Source: Polyangiaceae bacterium (lineage in GTDB: Bacteria; Myxococcota_A; Polyangia; Polyangiales; Polyangiaceae). From it: DNA of 64,000 bases. Both the position numbers and the translations under genes were made by a program. The stretch is taken from positions 64,001 to 128,000 of the forward strand of contig JANRKO010000045.1 in NCBI GenBank assembly GCA_033763455.1, read 5' to 3'. The notes under the pieces were generated by a model. It worked only from the letters and a program-made list of their open reading frames with translations, had not been told where the DNA came from and did not search any database. Shown piece after piece: positions 29,710-39,776 of this stretch (the stretch's first letter is position 1; each line of letters begins with the position of its first letter).

Positions 29710-30256
29710 GCGCTGCGACGCTGCCGATGGCTCAACGCTATCTTGAGATACCGTAAAACCTTCCGCCTGAACCAAGCTTCACGCACTCCGGATGCACTCC
29801 GCCAATTGCCCGATCGCCACGCTGGGAGCGCGTCAAGTCAATTCTGGTTGATCGCGCCTTTCCGCGGCCGCCGCCATTGCCATTGCTTTATCCCCACGAC
29901 TCAAGGCCTACACCCTGAGTCCTGACGCCCCAAAGGCCGCCAGAATTCGTTCTCTCTCTTCAGCCGTGTGTGGTGTTTTGTATCCCGCGACCTTTGCAGC
30001 TCGGCAACCCTACGGAAGATGGGCCCTATTACAACGAGTGCCGAACGTTCCGTAGCCGACGTAGCATCCTGAAACATGTAAGAAATCTAGAACTGCGACT
30101 GCCTCGACGCTCACCGATCAACAGACGCATAGCCGTTGAGTCTCACAAATACAAGTTACCATTTCACATGACACACACTCGTGCCATTGACGCGAGGGAT
30201 TCGCGACCGATAAATACGGGACCACAATAGGACTTACACACACTAAGGAACTGGCG

Positions 30257-32932
30257 ATGAAACTTGTACTGACCAAGCACCTGCGCTCCTGTTGGCAATC
30301 GACTGCCGGCGCGATGTTCTCTTTATTCCTCTCAACTCAGCTTGGCGGCTGTGGACCTTCGACCGAAGACGTGGAAAACACACAGGAAATAAAGCAAGCA
30401 GCAACGCTCGTTCCGAACCAACCCGTCCAATCCCGAGCCGTGTGGACTGCCTCCGGGCCAAACTCCTCCGGGAACCTGTACTACCTTAACAACAACTTCT
30501 CTGCTGCAAACAACCCCATCCTGGGGCAGATTAACGCGTTTACGGACGGGCGCTTAGGGGGGGCAGTCGAGTTCTCTGCACTGAACGGCGCCGTACTCCG
30601 CACCTTCAACAACACCGGGGCAGACGGAGCAAAGGGCATGGCCTACCTGAACGGCTATTACTTCGTAACAGGCGATGACCGCCAGGGCATTCGAAGGATC
30701 AACGCCGACTTCACGAATCCCACGCCCTACCGTGGTGGAACTGCGGAGTCTATCACCACCGACGGGACATATCTCTATGCAAACGATGACATCAATCGCG
30801 GTGTTGTTCACAAGTATGCCGTTACGAATGGCTCCACGGATTTTACACTCCAAGAGGTGGGCGCGTGGAATGTCGGTGGGCGAGTGCGGGGGCTCTCGCA
30901 CTTCGATTGGGGCAACGGCAGCCCGGGTGCAATCCATGTTTCTTCTGGAGGTGAAGCTGGAACGTCACGAGCGCTATTCTATTTGCCCGTCAACCAATTC
31001 CCACTTCCGCAACCTTCCTATCCGCCCACGGTACCTCAACCACCGAACGGCCTGCTTGCTCCGGGCACTTCCTCTGTCTATCAGGTTACACCCGCGAGGG
31101 GCGTGGGAGGGCAGAGCTTACTCTATGTGGCCACGGGTGATCGGATCTACGTTTGGCAATATGCAGGGCCCAATACCGTGACATCGACACTTCCTATCAT
31201 CACGCTTGCGGGTGTGAATGCGCAACCCGGCGAAGTGCAGTTGCAAGATCAGAGCGGAACGCCACTGGAAGTAGATCCAAGCCTTGGAGCTTTCTTTGGG
31301 TTGGGGTCGGATGCCACGAAGCTCTACGTAGTTCACGGGGATCGAATCTCGGCCTTTTCTAAGATTCGAATGAACGCCGCACCCGCCCTCAGTCCGATCA
31401 CGGCTTCTGTTTTTTCCTCAGACGGAAAAAGAATTGCTGCCAGCGTCACTGCAACGGACGATCTAGGCGAGCCGAATGTTACGTACAGGTGGTCACTCGT
31501 CTCGGCGCCAAGTGGCGGGACAGCAACTTTCACACCCAATGGTTCCAACGGCGCGAAAGTTACCACCGTCGCCTTTTCAAAGCTCGGCAGCTACACGCTT
31601 CAAGCAATTGGCGAGGACAGCGAAGGTCTGAGTTCCGCGCCGGCGACAACCACAGTTGTTGTCAGCCAGAAGCTGAGTAGCGTGGTCGTTACGCCAGCGA
31701 CAGTTAGCCTCGCGGTGAATTCAACCACGGCCCTCGCGGCGGTGGGTCAGGACCAGTTCCAAGGCGCAATGCCCCTTGGCGCCGTCACTTGGTCCGTCGA
31801 CGCGGGTGGAGTCGGCACAATATCTGCGGCCGGCGTGTACACGGCTCCCTCTTCAGCGGGAACCGCCGTGGTGCGAGCCACCTCAGGCGGCGTTGCAGGT
31901 ACCGCGAACGTCACGGTTACAGGTGCAAGCTCTGACGGAACACCCTACGGTGGGACCGCACCTGTCATTGCTTCCTCAGGCACAACGCGGATTGAGGCGG
32001 AGACGTACAATCTAGGCGGGCCGGGCGTCGCATATTTTGACAACACCGTCGCCAATGAGGCCATCGCCAATGGTGCTCCCCAGTTTCGAGCTTCGGAATC
32101 GGTGGACGTGTGGGGCGGTCCGCCTTCAGGTGTCGTTGCCTGGTTCTGGGACAACGAGTGGCTCAAATATACCGTGAATGTCGCCCGAGCAGGTTACTAC
32201 ACCGTTGGCGTTAGCACGGCCTCCATCGCTGCTAGCACGCTGGCCGTGAGCGCTGGGGGCAGCTCCGTCCAGGTTTCGACGCCAAGCACTGGATCGTGGA
32301 ACACCTACACCACTACGAGACCGGCTGCGACCTTGTGGCTCCCGCAAGGGCTCACGGTCCTCAAGATTCAAAAGCCCATAAACGGAGGATGGTCCAACCT
32401 GGACTACTTCGAGCTAGCCTCAGCGCAAAGCCCGGACGGGGAGCCTTACGGGGGTACAGCGCCCACTGTGTCCGCTGTTGGGTCTACCCGAATCGAGGCG
32501 GAAGCGTACAACCTAGGCGGAACGGGCGTTGCATATTCTGACAACACTGTTGCCAATGAAGCCATTGCCAGTGGTGCGCCGAACTTCCGCGCATCGGAGG
32601 CGGTGGATACCTGGGGAGCTCCACCTTCCGGGACCGTCGGTTGGTTTTGGGACAACGAGTGGATGAAGTACACCGTGAACGTGACTCAAGCCGGGTTCTA
32701 CTCCGTCGGAGTCCGAACTGCGGCAATCGCCGCTGGCTCAATCTCTGTTAGCTCCGGAGCTAACGCTGTGGGGATTTCAACTCCAAATACAGGATCCTGG
32801 AACACCTACACAACAACCCGGGTGACAGGATTGTGGCTCCCACAGGGGCTCGCCGTCATCAGGATTCAGAAACCCGCCAACGGAGGATGGTCTAATCTTG
32901 ACTACTTCGAGCTTGCACTCACGGCCAACTAG
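30257..32932 (+). CDS. Large surface lipoprotein: beta-rich N domain, PKD/Ig-like domains, two tandem CBM6-like modules
   Basis: Lipobox LGGC; YRWSLVSAP (PKD-like); VVTPATVSL (Big_2-like); two 167-aa repeats PYGGT..RIEAE.Y..GG.GVAY.D...EW.KYTVNV...NLDYFE starting at 31934 and 32435. Confidence 0.85.
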   Translation: MKLVLTKHLRSCWQSTAGAMFSLFLSTQLGGCGPSTEDVENTQEIKQAATLVPNQPVQSRAVWTASGPNSSGNLYYLNNNFSAANNPILGQINAFTDGRLGGAVEFSALNGAVLRTFNNTGADGAKGMAYLNGYYFVTGDDRQGIRRINADFTNPTPYRGGTAESITTDGTYLYANDDINRGVVHKYAVTNGSTDFTLQEVGAWNVGGRVRGLSHFDWGNGSPGAIHVSSGGEAGTSRALFYLPVNQFPLPQPSYPPTVPQPPNGLLAPGTSSVYQVTPARGVGGQSLLYVATGDRIYVWQYAGPNTVTSTLPIITLAGVNAQPGEVQLQDQSGTPLEVDPSLGAFFGLGSDATKLYVVHGDRISAFSKIRMNAAPALSPITASVFSSDGKRIAASVTATDDLGEPNVTYRWSLVSAPSGGTATFTPNGSNGAKVTTVAFSKLGSYTLQAIGEDSEGLSSAPATTTVVVSQKLSSVVVTPATVSLAVNSTTALAAVGQDQFQGAMPLGAVTWSVDAGGVGTISAAGVYTAPSSAGTAVVRATSGGVAGTANVTVTGASSDGTPYGGTAPVIASSGTTRIEAETYNLGGPGVAYFDNTVANEAIANGAPQFRASESVDVWGGPPSGVVAWFWDNEWLKYTVNVARAGYYTVGVSTASIAASTLAVSAGGSSVQVSTPSTGSWNTYTTTRPAATLWLPQGLTVLKIQKPINGGWSNLDYFELASAQSPDGEPYGGTAPTVSAVGSTRIEAEAYNLGGTGVAYSDNTVANEAIASGAPNFRASEAVDTWGAPPSGTVGWFWDNEWMKYTVNVTQAGFYSVGVRTAAIAAGSISVSSGANAVGISTPNTGSWNTYTTTRVTGLWLPQGLAVIRIQKPANGGWSNLDYFELALTAN

Positions 32933-32998
32933 CCCTCCGCCAGCACGACCGGCACGTCACTTTCCAAGATCTCTTGATCAAAGCTCGCGTGAGCAGCG

Positions 32999-34384
32999 AT
33001 GAATGGGAAGATGAAAAATCTGGCGTGTGGTCGCCCTCCGGCGAAGACGTTGCCTGAGAGCCACTTGATAAGGCTCTTGCTAAGCACGGTAGTGCTCTGG
33101 GCCTGCAACCCGAAGCTGGACGCTCCCTGGTGTGCGGACAGCGAGCATGGGGACGCACAACCGGGGCTCGCGCAGCAACCGACCTACTATCAGGACGTGA
33201 AGCCTATCATCGAGGCACGGTGTCTCACGTGCCACGTGGACGGAGGCATCGCGCCGGTCAGGCTTGATCGATTTGAAGACGTCTTCTCGTTGCGCACGGC
33301 TATTGCCGAGAGCGTGAAGGCGCGCACGATGCCGCCCTACCAAGCGGCACCGTGTTGCACCGAGTACTACCGTCAATGGTCACTCACCTCTGAAGAGATC
33401 CAGGTTCTGAATGATTGGGCGAGCAACCCTTTGGAAGGGAGCCAGGCCATGCCGGGGCGGCTTTTGCCAGCAGCCGGGGGTCTTTCGCAGGTGGACGTTA
33501 CCTTAAAGATGTCAGAACCCTACCGGATCGCGCCAAAAGCAGGACGCGTGGACGATTATCGGTGCTTCTTGCTCGACTGGCCAATCGATGCGCCGGTGTT
33601 CATCACGGGGCTAAACCCGATGCCGGGGAACCGGCGCATTGTTCACCACCTCATAGTAGCGGCGCTTGATGGGGATGCGGTGAGGCAAGCTACCGCCATG
33701 GACAAGAAGGATCCGGGGCCAGGTTACGACTGCCAATCGGGGCTGGGCGAGCTCTCGCTCAAAGATTTGACGGTATTTGGAGGGAGCCTGATCGGTTCTG
33801 ATTTTCCGGACGATCTGGGGCGGCCTGTTAAGGCGGGCTCCAAGATCTTGCTCAACATTCACTACACCAGCGAAAGCATCGGCTCCACGGCGTCCGACCA
33901 GGAGCTGACGGACCAATCAAGCATCCAATTCAGAGTGGCTCCAAGCGCCCAGGATTTTGAAGGACTCGTAATAGCTAACCCCGCCTGGTTGATAGACGAT
34001 GGAATGAAGATCAAGGCCGGAGAAGCAAACAAGGCATTTTGGTTCCGTTACAATCCAGCAGTATTTACGCAGGGTAAAAGCGTATGGCTGCGTTCCGTTA
34101 CACCCCATATGCACAACTTCGGAAAACGCTTTCGCATTCACCGTATACACGACGGAAAAAGCGAATGCCTCCTTGAGATCCCTAAGTGGGAGTTTGGCTG
34201 GGAACAAACCTACTGGTTTGAGACCCCGAAGAAGCTGGGCCCTGACGACCAGCTCTATCTTGAGTGTGTGTTCGACAATTCCGCCGAAAATCAGCCAACC
34301 AAGCAGGCACCCCGCGACATTGCTTGGGGAACGGACGGTCAGGATATGTGTGCGGGCTTCCTCAATTTCACGCGTGAGCCTTGA
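32999..34384 (+). CDS. Copper type II (PHM/DBH-like) monooxygenase with N-terminal CxxCH cytochrome c
   Basis: CLTCH; CuH-type ligands HH..(LNI)H; CuM-type ligands HMH...DMC; WEFGWE.TY. Confidence 0.85.
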   Translation: MNGKMKNLACGRPPAKTLPESHLIRLLLSTVVLWACNPKLDAPWCADSEHGDAQPGLAQQPTYYQDVKPIIEARCLTCHVDGGIAPVRLDRFEDVFSLRTAIAESVKARTMPPYQAAPCCTEYYRQWSLTSEEIQVLNDWASNPLEGSQAMPGRLLPAAGGLSQVDVTLKMSEPYRIAPKAGRVDDYRCFLLDWPIDAPVFITGLNPMPGNRRIVHHLIVAALDGDAVRQATAMDKKDPGPGYDCQSGLGELSLKDLTVFGGSLIGSDFPDDLGRPVKAGSKILLNIHYTSESIGSTASDQELTDQSSIQFRVAPSAQDFEGLVIANPAWLIDDGMKIKAGEANKAFWFRYNPAVFTQGKSVWLRSVTPHMHNFGKRFRIHRIHDGKSECLLEIPKWEFGWEQTYWFETPKKLGPDDQLYLECVFDNSAENQPTKQAPRDIAWGTDGQDMCAGFLNFTREP

Positions 34385-34400
34385 AGTGAGGGAGCAAGAA

Positions 34401-35132
34401 GTGTGCACCAGGCCCGACCACAGGGAGCCACAATTTTCGGCTGTGAATCTGTTATTGCTAGCTTGCCTCCAAGGAAGCTGCGCCTCCCAGGCTGGATTTG
34501 GGCGTGCGAGCGCTCTGCCGAAAGGAACGATCGAAACGTTCGGCGCAGCGAACGTGAGCCTAGCCACCATGCCAACGGGGGCAGAATACCCAGTGCCCCT
34601 ACCTTATGCCGACATCCTTGTGGGGGCGAGCTATGGTCTCACCGAGCGAGTCGCGGTGGGAGGACGCCTTTGGGGACTCGGCATCGAAGGCTTAAGCCAC
34701 TTTGGGGTAGCGCTAGATAGCAAGCTGGAGCTCACACCTCCCGAACCCGGGCGCCGATGGCACGCGGCCGTAGCTGGCGCTTTAGGTTATCATCAGCTCG
34801 TGGTTGGTGGCACGCCGCTTCACGTAGGTTCATTGAATGTCCCCGTGCTTTTCGGACGTGATTTCGGCGCCCATCACTTGGCTTTCGGGCCGCGACTCAC
34901 GTGGCACGTGAACGCAGGCCAAGGCCAGAGCACAATCGAAACCACAACGTATGGCGCGTCCGTGGGATTCGGATGGCGTGTGGCCCGAAGACTGGAGCTC
35001 TTTCCAGAAGCAATTGTCGGCTGGTCCCCCGTGGGCTTCAACGGCCAGGTGGAGAGCCCGGAGCATCAAGGAGCGTCGTTCCTACACCTTGCCCTGGGTG
35101 CTCGAGTTGTGTGGCCGCCGGTGGATCGTTAG
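34401..35132 (+). CDS. Putative outer-membrane beta-barrel protein
   Basis: Alternating amphipathic strands (YGLTERVAVGGR...LHLALGARV) directly after the monooxygenase; start uncertain. Confidence 0.6.
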   Translation: MCTRPDHREPQFSAVNLLLLACLQGSCASQAGFGRASALPKGTIETFGAANVSLATMPTGAEYPVPLPYADILVGASYGLTERVAVGGRLWGLGIEGLSHFGVALDSKLELTPPEPGRRWHAAVAGALGYHQLVVGGTPLHVGSLNVPVLFGRDFGAHHLAFGPRLTWHVNAGQGQSTIETTTYGASVGFGWRVARRLELFPEAIVGWSPVGFNGQVESPEHQGASFLHLALGARVVWPPVDR

Positions 35133-35313
35133 CTGGGTCGAACCAAAATCGGCAGAGCTCAAGTGGCAAAGTGGAGCTCAAGTGGACCAGGAGGCGTCGC
35201 GCGGGTTTCGGTGTTCGCCTCGACCCCGGCGCCGATCGCACGGGTCTATTGGTCAGCTGGGACAAGATCACCAAAGACTGCGCTATCGAAGAACTCCCAC
35301 GAAGTGATAGCAG

Positions 35314-36657
35314 TTAGGCTAGGAGTTCGCCTATCGGCCCCTTACTATCTTCGGGAGCTCCGAATGATTGAGCTTGTACTCCTAGTGCTTGCGCCACCGA
35401 GAGGAACACATCACTCACCGATCGCTGATAGATCCCATACTCAATGAACTTGCCTGCCTGCAGCTTCCCAGCAGCATTCCCTAGGATCACGATCGGATTG
35501 TAGTCGTGCCCGTCATGGTGTTTACCACCTCCGCTGTTCACCCAAATGAGCACCGTCGAATCCGCCATGGTGCCGTTGCCCTCCGGGATCTCTTTGAGCT
35601 TGCCCCAGAAGTAGGCAAGCTCCCTGGCTTTGTAATCGGCAATCAACCGCACGCACTCGGTATGCCCTTGGGTGTATGGCTTCGTGCCATGCATCAAGTC
35701 CTCGTGAGCATCACCCGGAATGCCCAGAAATCCCCAACCGTCGTTGTGGGCATCCATGCCAAAAACCGACAGATGTGCCACGTGCGTCATCCCTAGAGCA
35801 AACGCCTGAATGGCTACGTCCACGTGTCCCCGAATGACCTCGGGGTCGAGGCCGGTGCGATCTAGCGCAATAGCTGGAGCGGTGGGGGTAGTGGCCGTGC
35901 CAAGAGTTGAGATACGGCTGGTAAGCCGACCTTCCAGGCCCCTACACGAAGTTACCATCTGTTGAAACTTTTGCCGCTCGAACCCTACGAGTGTCTTTTC
36001 AAGGCGCTCTGTCTCTGCACAGGCCGCGTCCAATAGGCTCTTATCTCGCTGCAACAGAGAGATCGCGCCTCCTTGATCCGCCATTGGGACGCCGTTACCA
36101 AAGATATTGGCAAACGCTCTCACGGGCGTGTTGAATGCCGGGAACGGTTGCCCCTCACCGTCCGCGCTCGCGCATTCGGCAGGGCTATCTAGGCGACCGA
36201 ACTCGGAGAGCCCGAGTGCAATGGACGAAAACGGATCGGCTGCACCTAACGTCTGAGCCACCAGTCGATCAATGGAAATGCCACCTGGGCCCCCCTGAGC
36301 CGGCTTGGGCATATGACTCAACGTCGCCCAGCCGCTACCGTGTTGGCTCCCGTCATGAGAATTGTAGAGCCCCCGAACGATCGAAAGCTCCGAACGGTAA
36401 GGCGCCAACGCCTGGAGACAATTGGGCACGTCCCAATCGGTCGGGGAGCGAATGGTGGTGTTGAGAAGCTCCGCATTCCGTGACATCCCTTGGTGACCCC
36501 ATCCATTACCGTCCGTAAAGACGAAGAACCTCGGTGCCGCTACCGCCGCACCCTCCGCTTCGGCCAGCAGACGACGAGTGAGCGGCGCGAGCAGCGCGCC
36601 AGCTGCGCCCAGGCCAAGCCAGCGCTGAAAAGAACGACGACTGATACTCTTGGTCAT
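35314..36657 (-). CDS. DUF1552-type Tat-exported His-rich protein (cassette 4)
   Basis: ISRRSFQ, TDGNG, SIDR, DAHEDLMH, GTMADST...KHHDGH. Confidence 0.9.
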   Translation of the reverse strand: MTKSISRRSFQRWLGLGAAGALLAPLTRRLLAEAEGAAVAAPRFFVFTDGNGWGHQGMSRNAELLNTTIRSPTDWDVPNCLQALAPYRSELSIVRGLYNSHDGSQHGSGWATLSHMPKPAQGGPGGISIDRLVAQTLGAADPFSSIALGLSEFGRLDSPAECASADGEGQPFPAFNTPVRAFANIFGNGVPMADQGGAISLLQRDKSLLDAACAETERLEKTLVGFERQKFQQMVTSCRGLEGRLTSRISTLGTATTPTAPAIALDRTGLDPEVIRGHVDVAIQAFALGMTHVAHLSVFGMDAHNDGWGFLGIPGDAHEDLMHGTKPYTQGHTECVRLIADYKARELAYFWGKLKEIPEGNGTMADSTVLIWVNSGGGKHHDGHDYNPIVILGNAAGKLQAGKFIEYGIYQRSVSDVFLSVAQALGVQAQSFGAPEDSKGPIGELLA

Positions 36658-38372
36658 GGTGTCTCCTGCATGGGCGACCGCTTCAGGAAAGCATCAGATG
36701 TGACATACGACACGATGAGCTGCCGGATATCCCCACCACTTTTGGCAAAGCCATCAGCAAGTGCACTCACTGCGCAACTATCGGAGGGACCCACGCTCCT
36801 GGCGCTTGCGAAGCTGTAGAGCTGCTGCGCGAAGCAACGAGCGACGCTACCTGAGGCTGCGAGCTTCTCCGTGAGCTCTGCCGGACCGGTAACCTTGCCG
36901 TCCACATCACCACTACCCACAATAGCTCCTTCCAAATCCAACGCCTCTCCATTCACATCCGCGCGGTACGCGCCAGCGTTGTCAAACATATCCAAAGGAT
37001 AACCCATCGGATCCACCTGGCTATGACACGCGGCACAAGACGCCTCGCTCATGTGTTTGGCCCTAACCTCGGCACGGTTAGGCTTGCGGCCGAGCTCCGC
37101 CTCCAGGCTACCGGCGCTCTTGGTGAGATCCTGATTCACGTTGGGAGGTGGTGGTGGCAATTCGAGGCAGAGCAGCTTGTTCCGAATCGTCACGCCGCGA
37201 GAGGTGATCCCGGGGTGCGCGGTGAGAAAGCTACCCTGCGTCAAAATGCCTCGTCGGTAATCCGGAAGGGCGACTTCGGCCCATCCGGATTGTGGAGCTG
37301 TGGCACCGTAATAAGATGCGAGCTCGGGTGTAACCATCGAGAAATTTCCCGTAAGGAGCGTCCGGAGTAGCCCATCTTTCTGCCATAGCGCTGCCGAGAT
37401 GAATCGATGAGTCTCTTCAGGCAGCGACTGGATCACCGCGTCCGAAACCTGAGGACGGTTGGCTGTGCTAACCCGCTGAAGCCCGAGGAGCTCGTCGAAA
37501 AAACGCACGAGGCCCGGGCTCGCCTCAGCGCTAGCGAGCAACCTTTGGGCCTCTGATCGTACTTCCACCACACCCAACTGCCCCCCCTTCGCTGCTTGCA
37601 CGAGCTCGGCATCAGGACCCTTGCCGGTCAAGAAGTAGCTAAGGGCACCGGCAACCTCCCAAGGACTGAGCGCATATTGTCCATCGGCCCCGGCCACACC
37701 CACTTCACTACGAAACAAGTAGAAAGGCGACAACAAAACCTTCCTCACCGTTTGTCGCAATGCCGTCGCTCCGCCCGCGGCCGCGACTTCGCCAGCAAAG
37801 AACTGCATGGTACCATCCAACTCGTCGGCGCTAGCCGGACGCTCCCACGCGCGTTCCAGGAACGCACTCATCGCCGAGCGCACACAAGCGTCGTCACCAA
37901 TGCTCTGGCGCAGGCATGGGTCTATAATTCCTGGATCTCGGTCGACGTTCGCGGCAAGATCTTCTGTAACTCGAAACCACTCGTCAAAGAATTGCTGCGG
38001 AACCGAGAGCGCCTGCGTTTCGTGTGACCAAACCTGCGGCGTTGGTGAATAGGGAAGCACACGCAAGGCAATGCCCGACGTATTTGGGAAAAGACTTACT
38101 GTTTTGGATTCAAGGGCTTCCGGTGTTAACCGGCTATACCGCTGCGGGGGCAACGCACAAGTGGCCGAGCCGCCAGGGACTCCGGGTGCGCCGCCGCTAA
38201 CTCCACCCGTACCTGCCATTACACCTGGCATGTTGCTAGGAGCCTCGCCCGAGGCCACCCCGGGAGCTGAAGCTCCCCCGTTTCGCTCCGTGGGCAGCTC
38301 TTCTTGGCAACCCAAGGAACACGCAAGCGCGGCAACAGATACGAACACCTGGAAATAGATCTCACGCCTCAT
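36654..38372 (-). CDS. DUF1592/DUF1588-type CxxCH lipoprotein (cassette 4)
   Basis: Lipobox SLGC, AWERP, LLSPFYLF, SRG..IR.KLLC..PPPPP, CAACH; ATG 38372 with RBS. Confidence 0.9.
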   Translation of the reverse strand: MRREIYFQVFVSVAALACSLGCQEELPTERNGGASAPGVASGEAPSNMPGVMAGTGGVSGGAPGVPGGSATCALPPQRYSRLTPEALESKTVSLFPNTSGIALRVLPYSPTPQVWSHETQALSVPQQFFDEWFRVTEDLAANVDRDPGIIDPCLRQSIGDDACVRSAMSAFLERAWERPASADELDGTMQFFAGEVAAAGGATALRQTVRKVLLSPFYLFRSEVGVAGADGQYALSPWEVAGALSYFLTGKGPDAELVQAAKGGQLGVVEVRSEAQRLLASAEASPGLVRFFDELLGLQRVSTANRPQVSDAVIQSLPEETHRFISAALWQKDGLLRTLLTGNFSMVTPELASYYGATAPQSGWAEVALPDYRRGILTQGSFLTAHPGITSRGVTIRNKLLCLELPPPPPNVNQDLTKSAGSLEAELGRKPNRAEVRAKHMSEASCAACHSQVDPMGYPLDMFDNAGAYRADVNGEALDLEGAIVGSGDVDGKVTGPAELTEKLAASGSVARCFAQQLYSFASARSVGPSDSCAVSALADGFAKSGGDIRQLIVSYVTSDAFLKRSPMQETP

Positions 38373-38379
38373 GTTTGCC

Positions 38380-39744
38380 TCAAACGGAGAGTTCAGCGAT
38401 ATCAAGTTTCGGCGGCTTCGGCCCCGCTGCGGCAAATCCAGTTGCATCCACGCCCACGCTCCGTGACACAGCCACCCAAACCTCTGATAACCTGTGCTTG
38501 TATGGGGGCAGGCGTACGAACCTACCGCCCGTTTTCATCTGAATGTTCTTGCCCGCCAGGAGCATTACAGGCACACGTCGACAGGTATTGTGATGATACT
38601 CAGCCGCATCGTTAGTAACGACCACAAGGGTATTGTCTGCCATCGTGCCGTTGCCTTCTGGAACAGCCTTCAGTTGCTCCATCAAACGAGCGACAAGCTT
38701 GGTCAAGAAGGTGTAGTTCTTGTCCATTGCCGCTCCGTGGAGCTCGGCGCCATCGTGCCCCATGCCATTCAGTGGCATGAAGATGTGTGAATTCCCGCTT
38801 CCCACAATCAACGAACTCACCCGAGTGATACCGCAGACTTGGGCGGCCGCTGACATCTCCCAAAGCAGGCTCACCTTGTCGTAGACGGGTTGATCGGACG
38901 CATCCGGCGCCGGGATGGATGGCACGAAGGTGTCCGGTGAAGGGGGGGATTTACAGGAAACGTTAGCAAACGCAGAAGCAGATTTCTCCAAGGCTTGCAG
39001 GGAGGTGAGATATCGATCTAACTTCTCGCGCTCTGGCCCGGCAAGGCGCGCTTGCAGGCGCGTGACGTCCGAGCGCAAGCTGGAAAGCAGAGCCCTCTGT
39101 TCAAGCTGCACGTTGGCCGCTTCAACGTCAGCCGTCCCACCGGTGCTCACCCCTCCGAAGAACGTCGAAAACGCAACTTTAGGGTCACTGATCGCGGGCA
39201 CATGGTCCGCGCGCCCCTTAGCAAAAACTGAGGTAAAATCCGTTTTTGCATCTCTGCGCCACCCTACCTGAACTGAGGGCAGCGCCGAGCTCGCACCGAG
39301 CTTCTGGGCAATCCACTGATCAATAGTGATCCCTCCCGCCGCGCCTCCGCCTTCAGCCGACTCCAGCGTTTCCACACACGAAAGCGTCTGATAACCACAG
39401 GAGTGCTGCGTCTGGCCCATGATATTTTCCGCGCCATCCAGCAAAATCACCGAGTCGCGGTACGCGGAGAGCGGCACCATCCAGGGGTGCGTACTGTACG
39501 CAGAGAGTGGGCCCTCCACCGCATCCCACACGTGCTCACCACGCTTGCCAATGCCGTCCTGAAGCTCCTTTGGGCTAAATGAGGTAAAGGGCCACCCATC
39601 CCCGATAAGTACGAACACCACGCGCCGGGTGTCATTGGCCTGACCATCTGCCTCTCGAATGAGCGGGCGCAACATCGGCGCGAACAACGCCGCCCCTGCA
39701 CCCAAACCCAACATCCGCACCAGACTTCTGCGATTATGCCTCAT
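38380..39744 (-). CDS. DUF1552-type Tat-exported His-rich protein (cassette 5)
   Basis: HNRRSLV, IGDG, TIDQ, GTMADNTLVVVTND..YHH. Confidence 0.88.
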   Translation of the reverse strand: MRHNRRSLVRMLGLGAGAALFAPMLRPLIREADGQANDTRRVVFVLIGDGWPFTSFSPKELQDGIGKRGEHVWDAVEGPLSAYSTHPWMVPLSAYRDSVILLDGAENIMGQTQHSCGYQTLSCVETLESAEGGGAAGGITIDQWIAQKLGASSALPSVQVGWRRDAKTDFTSVFAKGRADHVPAISDPKVAFSTFFGGVSTGGTADVEAANVQLEQRALLSSLRSDVTRLQARLAGPEREKLDRYLTSLQALEKSASAFANVSCKSPPSPDTFVPSIPAPDASDQPVYDKVSLLWEMSAAAQVCGITRVSSLIVGSGNSHIFMPLNGMGHDGAELHGAAMDKNYTFLTKLVARLMEQLKAVPEGNGTMADNTLVVVTNDAAEYHHNTCRRVPVMLLAGKNIQMKTGGRFVRLPPYKHRLSEVWVAVSRSVGVDATGFAAAGPKPPKLDIAELSV

Positions 39745-39776
39745 GAGTATTCCTTTTCTGGCAAGTTGCGGGCCAC

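Noticed and set aside
29710..30256. Long intergenic region as ncRNA or riboswitch
   Set aside because: No recognisable conserved motif or strong structure by eye; an Rfam/Infernal scan would be needed.
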